This document shows, one piece after another, positions 58,604 through 64,000 of a stretch of DNA of 64,000 nt. Under the pieces are notes generated by a model, which saw only the letters and a list, made by a program, of their open reading frames with translations, searched no databases and was not told the DNA's origin. Numbering within the stretch: the stretch's first letter is position 1; each line of letters begins with the position of its first letter. Position numbers and translations under genes: made by a program. The stretch covers positions 11,826 through 75,825 of the forward strand of contig JAFNIT010000002.1 in assembly GCA_017601345.1 (NCBI GenBank). The letters are read 5' to 3'. This stretch comes from Candidatus Brockarchaeota archaeon (GTDB taxonomy: Archaea > Thermoproteota > EX4484-205 > JAAOZP01).

Positions 58604-59756
58604 ATCTCAACGCCTCCACAGGTCTTATTCTCGAAGCGTTGAGAGAGGGCAGGAGGCTGCTCAGGAAGCTGGCGGCGATAGCGATAATCAGGCCGTTTAC
58701 AAAAGGTTCTGGAGAAAGGATGAACGGCAGGTTTATCTCGAACCTGAACATTCTGGGGAGAACCTGTTTAATAACCACGTATCCCAACCCTATTCCTAAA
58801 ACAGAACCAGTGAAACCGCCCAGTAAGCCAAGTATCAGGCCCTCCATGAGGAAGATGTAGAGTATCTGCGCCGGGGAAGTGCCTATTGATTTTAAAACAC
58901 CTATCTCCCTTATTTTCTCCCTTATGCTCATCGTCACAGAGTTCATCGTGCCAACGCCTGCTACAACTATGCTTATCGCGCTTATCGTGAATATTACAGC
59001 GTCTATCGTGTTCAGTATAGACTGGGCTTGGTTGAGAACATCCTCCTCAGTGGAAACCGCGAGGCTAGGGTAAGTAATCCTAATAGCGTTTACGACGAGG
59101 CTCACGTTACTAGGGTCGTTAACCCGTATCAGTATCATGTCAGCAACCCCCCTCTTGTTCAAGAGCTTCTCACCCTGCTCCAAGCTTACTGCAACCACGG
59201 AAGCTGGCCCGGTTAGAGCAGCCTGGAGAAGCCCGCCTACTTCCGATAATCCTACTACCTTGAAGGAAACGCCCTCTTGCACATACGGCGTCACAAGCCT
59301 TACTGTTGAGCCTATTGAAATACCCATCCTAACCGCTGAGTCCTTGGGCATTAAGCACTCCAAGGCGTTGGGCGACGATATGCTGGACCCGTTCAGTATC
59401 GTTTGGAAAGACTGTATCTCGTCAATCGGGACGGCGAGTATGAAAGCATTGTTAGACTCTACTAGTCCTGAGCCCACTATTACTGGGACAGCCCTCTTCA
59501 CGCCAGGTATGTTATTCAGCAAGTGGACGACGTATATTGAAATCGGCTCGCTATTCCTCATCCTGACTATTACGGAGGAGCCTAGGAGCGTGTTTATGCT
59601 CTCCCCCACTCTCGTACGCAATCCTAATGAGACTATGAAGAGCGAGACTAGTGAGGCTATTCCTATGGCGATGCCCAGTATTGTGAGGCCTGTCCTAACC
59701 TTCTTGCCCCACAGGTCTCTCAGCGCGTATCTGGCCAGGTAGAGAAGCGTAATCAT
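58596..59756 (-). CDS. ABC transporter permease (MacB/FtsX type)
   Basis: RT.LTILGIAIGI, extracellular domain, SIREKIREIGVLKSIG, PSLNASRIRPVEALRYE. Confidence 0.93.
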   Translation of the reverse strand: MITLLYLARYALRDLWGKKVRTGLTILGIAIGIASLVSLFIVSLGLRTRVGESINTLLGSSVIVRMRNSEPISIYVVHLLNNIPGVKRAVPVIVGSGLVESNNAFILAVPIDEIQSFQTILNGSSISSPNALECLMPKDSAVRMGISIGSTVRLVTPYVQEGVSFKVVGLSEVGGLLQAALTGPASVVAVSLEQGEKLLNKRGVADMILIRVNDPSNVSLVVNAIRITYPSLAVSTEEDVLNQAQSILNTIDAVIFTISAISIVVAGVGTMNSVTMSIREKIREIGVLKSIGTSPAQILYIFLMEGLILGLLGGFTGSVLGIGLGYVVIKQVLPRMFRFEINLPFILSPEPFVNGLIIAIAASFLSSLLPSLNASRIRPVEALRYE

Positions 59757-59792
59757 TCCCCCGCTAGATTACTGCCGGCTGGATAAAAATCT

Positions 59793-60614
59793 TTACAGCA
59801 GGTATATTGCTGCACCCACTACTCCTGCTAACAGGCATGAAGAGAAGTTTACAGCATTATTGTCGAAACGCTTGAAACCCTTGATCAAGACGCATTCGCC
59901 ACCGCACTTACGCGGATCCTCGTAGAACAGGCCTGTCTCTTTAGAAACGTAGAGGGCTTGAACAGTAGCCCCGAGGAAGCTGTCTATAAGCATCCCCAGG
60001 AAGCCTGCGGAAGAGCTGGCAATGACCAGACGGGTATAATCCTTAAAGTTGAGAAATACCCCCGTGACCCCTGCCATACTAGTCGTCAACGGCACCAGGG
60101 CGATGGCCAGGGAGCCCAGTAGTCCCGCTAAAGTGCCTAGGAGGGTTACTCCGCCGGAAACACCCTTCTCAACCCTCTTACTCAAATCGGTAATCAGCCG
60201 GGGCTTAGACTTGCTGAGTAAGCCTATTTCAGTCGATAGGGTGTCTGAAGCTGCTGAGCAGACTGCTGAAAGAAAGAAAACAGTGAAAAGCTCCATACCA
60301 TACAAATACTCTAAGGCCAGCGGCAATACCGCTGGCCCACCGTTTGCAAGAACATTAACCCATGTTCTGACACCTCCCTTCTCCTGGGCCAGTGTGCCAG
60401 GAGCCTTCTCAGCATGCTTGTATTTCGTGAAGAAAACGCCGAGTAAGAGGAAGGTCAGGAGCACTATGAAACAATCCCAGCCGCCTAAGAAAAGCGTTAC
60501 CGTGCCCACGATTAGCGAAGCCAGTATCCCAGAGGGAGTTAGGGACTTGGAGAAGTACATTGCTGCTGCAAGCGCTACTAGGGTAGTAGCCTTGGCCAGT
60601 ACGTCACTTGCCAA
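59793..60614 (-). CDS. DUF92/TMEM19 family membrane protein
   Basis: RTWVNVLANGG, SDTLSTEIG, GGVTLLGTLAG, DSFLGATVQ, NN.VNF. Confidence 0.9.
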   Translation of the reverse strand: MASDVLAKATTLVALAAAMYFSKSLTPSGILASLIVGTVTLFLGGWDCFIVLLTFLLLGVFFTKYKHAEKAPGTLAQEKGGVRTWVNVLANGGPAVLPLALEYLYGMELFTVFFLSAVCSAASDTLSTEIGLLSKSKPRLITDLSKRVEKGVSGGVTLLGTLAGLLGSLAIALVPLTTSMAGVTGVFLNFKDYTRLVIASSSAGFLGMLIDSFLGATVQALYVSKETGLFYEDPRKCGGECVLIKGFKRFDNNAVNFSSCLLAGVVGAAIYLL

Positions 60615-60663
60615 ATACGGTGTTTAAGAAGACGAGCCTTATTTAACCTCTTCGCCTTTTCTC

Positions 60664-61422
60664 CTAACCAAGTGCGGAGAGCCTTTCTATAAGCTCTTCC
60701 GTCGAACTCAAGTTCGACAATGCCACAACTATTCCGTCTACCTTAGCTATCTCCGCGGCGACAGGATCAAGGTTCTTCGGACCGTGGAGGACGATCATCC
60801 TCGGCTTGAAGGGGAATAGGTGTACTCCAACAAGCGGACTCCTCCCGTGCTGAACGTTTGTGAAGACCAATGCCCTAATGTTAGTGTAGCCGAAGACGTT
60901 AACCATGTCGTACCATTTGAAGTAGAGTATTGTCTTAACGCTGTCTAACACGGTGTGACCGAAGACGAATTCGTTAAGAAGCTCCGGAAAGGTTTCAACC
61001 CTACCATCTATGGCGTCGATAACCTTGCATATTGGAACAGGCTTGGAGTACTCCTTCATATCGAGGATTATGCCCTTGAGAATAGGCTCCATTTTAAGGA
61101 GCTCTATAATATGGGTTCCGCCTCTTTCAGCATCGCTCTCAACAAGGCTTTGAACATAGTTCTTGAGGAAGTTTATGCCTGGGTTCCTCCTCCTACCGGT
61201 CTCGTAGTCACTTATGACGGATGCTGAAATACCCATTTTACTGGCAAGGGTCTTCTGCGATACTCCGAATTTCTCACGCCAGTTTCTTAAAACTACGAAA
61301 GGCTCGTCCGCCAAGACGACGTCGCTTATAATCCTCTTCATCGATGATTGCTTAGCCATGGATAGAAGCTCGTCGAGATAAGGAGTTAGTTCATCGCCCA
61401 TAGTCGAGTTAGGGTTAAGCAA
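60664..61422 (-). CDS. Archaeal HTH transcriptional regulator (COG1709-like)
   Basis: WREKFGVSQ.LA..MGIS.SVISDYETGRRRNPG; FT.V.HGRSPLV in the C-terminal domain. Confidence 0.8.
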   Translation of the reverse strand: MLNPNSTMGDELTPYLDELLSMAKQSSMKRIISDVVLADEPFVVLRNWREKFGVSQKTLASKMGISASVISDYETGRRRNPGINFLKNYVQSLVESDAERGGTHIIELLKMEPILKGIILDMKEYSKPVPICKVIDAIDGRVETFPELLNEFVFGHTVLDSVKTILYFKWYDMVNVFGYTNIRALVFTNVQHGRSPLVGVHLFPFKPRMIVLHGPKNLDPVAAEIAKVDGIVVALSNLSSTEELIERLSALG

Positions 61423-61708
61423 TAGCCGATACTTAAAGCTTACTCCAGTCTTAAAATCCAGCTGGAATCCCTTAGCTCTAAATCATTCTTTCTAACTCCC
61501 AATTGAGGCAAAGGTTAAGCGTAACACCTTTCTTAAGACAGTTCGTTCAAAATCAGAATGGAAAAATCCGCATATCCTAAATTAATTTCCTTCTATGCAA
61601 AAGCAAAAAGTGGAAGGAGAGGGGAAGATAGCCTTTAAGCAATGACTTCTCTATTGCTCATTTCAGCATTTTCGACAATTGCATTACAAGCTGGAGCCCC
61701 TGCATTGG

Positions 61709-62173
61709 TCAAACAGTGGAAACCTTTTTATCAATATGGTGTTCAGATTTTAAACCATAGACTTTTTGAGGGTTGAACTTCTTCTCTTCTACGTTTTTGA
61801 AGACGCCGCGGAGTAATGCTTTCCTGTAGAAGCATGTTTCATAACCCATGTGGCAAGCACCAAGCCCCTCTTGCTCCACGGTGAAAAGTAGAGAATTATT
61901 CTCGCAGTTTACTCTAACCTCTAGGACCCTTTGCTTAAATCCAGATTCCTCGCCCTTCATCCATATCCTCCTTCTACTCCTAGAGTAGTAGTGCATGTAT
62001 CCCGTGGTGAGCGTTTTTAGAAGGGACTTCCTGTTCATGAAGCCGATCATAAGTACTTTGCCGCGGCTGTTCTTCACAACTGCGGGGATAAGCCCGTTTT
62101 TGAAAATAATTTTAGAAACTAATTTTCTCGCATTCCCACTACTCATTTTGAAAAGCCTAGTCAAATGATTCAC
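61709..62173 (-). CDS. hisI: Phosphoribosyl-AMP cyclohydrolase
   Basis: GLIPAVV, YYSRSR.RIWMKGEESG, NCENNSLL, ACHMGYETCF. Confidence 0.92.
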   Translation of the reverse strand: MNHLTRLFKMSSGNARKLVSKIIFKNGLIPAVVKNSRGKVLMIGFMNRKSLLKTLTTGYMHYYSRSRRRIWMKGEESGFKQRVLEVRVNCENNSLLFTVEQEGLGACHMGYETCFYRKALLRGVFKNVEEKKFNPQKVYGLKSEHHIDKKVSTV

Positions 62174-62778
62174 CTCCTACAGTAATTAACGAAGTTGCTG
62201 AGTATCTTCAACCCTGAACGCCAACTCTTCTCAGGGTGGAATTGCGTTCCAAATACGTTCTTTTTTTCGAAAACTACTGGAAACCTGTAATCATCGTAAT
62301 TCGTGAATGCGAAAGCTTCGTCCGGATCATAATTTGTTGGGGCATAGGAGTGTACAAAATACATTTTGCAACCATTCTCTAAACCCTCTAGAATAACGGA
62401 ATTACCAGTCCTCTCTATACTATTCCATCCGATATGCGGTAAACGCTTAGCAAGCAGCTTTTTGACCACTCCCTTAAATAAACCCAGCCCCTCCTCTCCG
62501 GGATTCCCCTCTTCACTCCAGTTGAACATAAATTGTAATCCTAGGCAAATCCCTAGAATCGGATAACCTTCTCTAGCAAGCCTCTTAATACTACTCCTTT
62601 CTTCATCTATCTTTCTGAATGCCCCAGAGTAGCTTCCTACCCCAGGTAGGATCAGGCCGTCGAAACCCTTATCGGGAATGTTTGAAACTATATTTGGGAT
62701 TGCACCCACTTTTCTCAAAGATGCGCTTATGCTCGCAAGATTCCCGACACCACAGTCTAGTATTAGTATCGTTGTCAG
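62170..62778 (-). CDS. hisH: Imidazole glycerol phosphate synthase, glutamine amidotransferase subunit (likely CTG start at 62778)
   Basis: PGVGS, GICLGLQ, LPHIGWN, YFVHSY, TQFHPEKS; the N-terminal ILDCGVGNLAS motif lies upstream of the ORF-track start at 62718. Confidence 0.92.
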   Translation of the reverse strand: MTTILILDCGVGNLASISASLRKVGAIPNIVSNIPDKGFDGLILPGVGSYSGAFRKIDEERSSIKRLAREGYPILGICLGLQFMFNWSEEGNPGEEGLGLFKGVVKKLLAKRLPHIGWNSIERTGNSVILEGLENGCKMYFVHSYAPTNYDPDEAFAFTNYDDYRFPVVFEKKNVFGTQFHPEKSWRSGLKILSNFVNYCRR

Positions 62779-63056
62779 TGTCTGCGTCTGCCCTCCAGCT
62801 CTTTAACAACGTCCTCAAGCTCGATCCCAGAGGCGGCGAGGACTATGAAATAGTGAAAAAGAAGGTCGGCCGCTTCAGAAACCTTGTCGCCCGAGCCGCA
62901 TACTGCCGAAGCGAATTCAAAAGCCTCTTCGCCGAATTTCCCGAGAACCCGGCCCAATCCCTCCTTGACGATGCTCGCAACGTAGGAGCCTTCAGGCTTC
63001 TCCCGGGTCCTCTTCTTAACTACTTGGAACAACTCCTCTAAGTACTGTATCGTCAA
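62775..63056 (-). CDS. hisE: Phosphoribosyl-ATP pyrophosphatase
   Basis: [22 protein letters not shown]. Confidence 0.92.
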   Translation of the reverse strand: MTIQYLEELFQVVKKRTREKPEGSYVASIVKEGLGRVLGKFGEEAFEFASAVCGSGDKVSEAADLLFHYFIVLAASGIELEDVVKELEGRRRH

Positions 63057-63811
63057 AGCCTGACTTCAACCCCCTTATCCTTCAACCATTTCTTAATCTC
63101 TACAACCGTATACTGCTTGTAGTGGAGGAGCGAAGCAAGTAGGGCTGCGTCAGCACCGCCTACTGTCAGAGCTTCGTACACGTGTTGCAGAGAACCTGCT
63201 CCTCCAGAGGCGATTATCGGTATGTCAACCGTTCTCCTAGCCGCCTGAAGCAACTCAATATCGTAACCAAGCCTAGTGCCGTCGCTATCTATGCTTGTTA
63301 ATAATATTTCTCCAGCACCCTCTTGCGCACATGTCTTAATCCACTCCATAGCGTCAATGCCTGTAGGTTCCCTACCAGCGTTAACGTAAACCTCCCATCC
63401 CCAGCTCGTCCTCTTAGCGTCTACGGCTACGACAACGCACTGGCTGCCGAATATGCTACTAGCCCTTTTCACAAGGCTCCTATCACGTACTGCTGCAGTG
63501 TTCACTGAAACCTTGTCTGCACCAGCCCTCAGCAGTTTTCCGAAATCTTCTACTGTCCTAACACCCCCTCCAACAGTCAAGGGGATGAACAGGTTTTCCG
63601 CAGTCTTCTTAACGACATCGATCATCGTCTCCCTGCCCTTTGGCGTTGCAGAAATATCTAAGAAAACAATTTCGTCGGCATACTGGTTCATGTACTCCAC
63701 GGCGAGCTCCGCCGGGTCTCCTATTTTCCGAAGGTTAGAGAATTTAACACCCTTTACTACAACGCCATCGTAAACATCTAAGCACGGTATTATCCTCTTG
63801 GTGAGACCCAT
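63053..63811 (-). CDS. hisF: Imidazole glycerol phosphate synthase cyclase subunit
   Basis: [54 protein letters not shown]. Confidence 0.96.
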   Translation of the reverse strand: MGLTKRIIPCLDVYDGVVVKGVKFSNLRKIGDPAELAVEYMNQYADEIVFLDISATPKGRETMIDVVKKTAENLFIPLTVGGGVRTVEDFGKLLRAGADKVSVNTAAVRDRSLVKRASSIFGSQCVVVAVDAKRTSWGWEVYVNAGREPTGIDAMEWIKTCAQEGAGEILLTSIDSDGTRLGYDIELLQAARRTVDIPIIASGGAGSLQHVYEALTVGGADAALLASLLHYKQYTVVEIKKWLKDKGVEVRL

Positions 63812-63814
63812 TTC

Positions 63815-64000
63815 TCACAAGACCCCTTTCTCACTCGGGACTCCGGAGCCTGTAATGGAGACAGCTTGTTTAAGAGCTAACCCGAGAGCTTTGAACACAG
63901 CTTCAGACAAGTGGTGAGCATCACCGCTTCGGAAAACAATTACGTGGAGCGTTAAGCCTGAAGAGTTTGAGAAGCTCCTGAGAAAGTGCGGAATCATGCT
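63815..64000 (-). CDS. hisB: Imidazoleglycerol-phosphate dehydratase, C-terminal part (partial)
   Basis: MIPHF..SF, LHV..GD.HHLSEAVFKALG.AL..A..PSEKGVL. Confidence 0.9.
   Translation of the reverse strand, partial: SMIPHFLRSFSNSSGLTLHVIVFRSGDAHHLSEAVFKALGLALKQAVSITGSGVPSEKGVL

Overview
Archaeal chromosomal window; gene content and small surface-protein families suggest a TACK lineage such as Brockarchaeia or Bathyarchaeia (inference only). Housekeeping and metabolic blocks: a type IV pilin locus (secretion ATPase end, prepilin peptidase, pilin), tetraether lipid synthase (tes), speB/pdaD, a tungsten AOR operon divergent from an FwdF-like polyferredoxin and an HdrA-MvhD fusion, GH130 glycosidases, EndoQ, trmI, rqcH, two apgM paralogues, hjc, carB/carA plus a pyrFEB-K-C-D cluster, ilvE, two ABC exporter cassettes and the end of a his operon. 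Signals the ORF track does not explain: (1) a PD-(D/E)xK nuclease-like ORF followed by three tandem paralogues (intact, frameshifted, truncated) at 17.9-20.5 kb, resembling a toxin-immunity cassette, abutting a broken KaiC-like gene; (2) a ~200-nt multi-helix RNA-like element at 32622-32822 whose G-U pairs favour the minus strand and which matches no family I recognise; (3) a 21-aa Lys-rich ORF ending in Cys at 9523-9588 with a plausible promoter and T-run terminator; (4) several decayed genes, mostly for surface proteins. No rRNA, tRNA, CRISPR array or intact transposase was seen. All family assignments are from motif recognition, not database searches.
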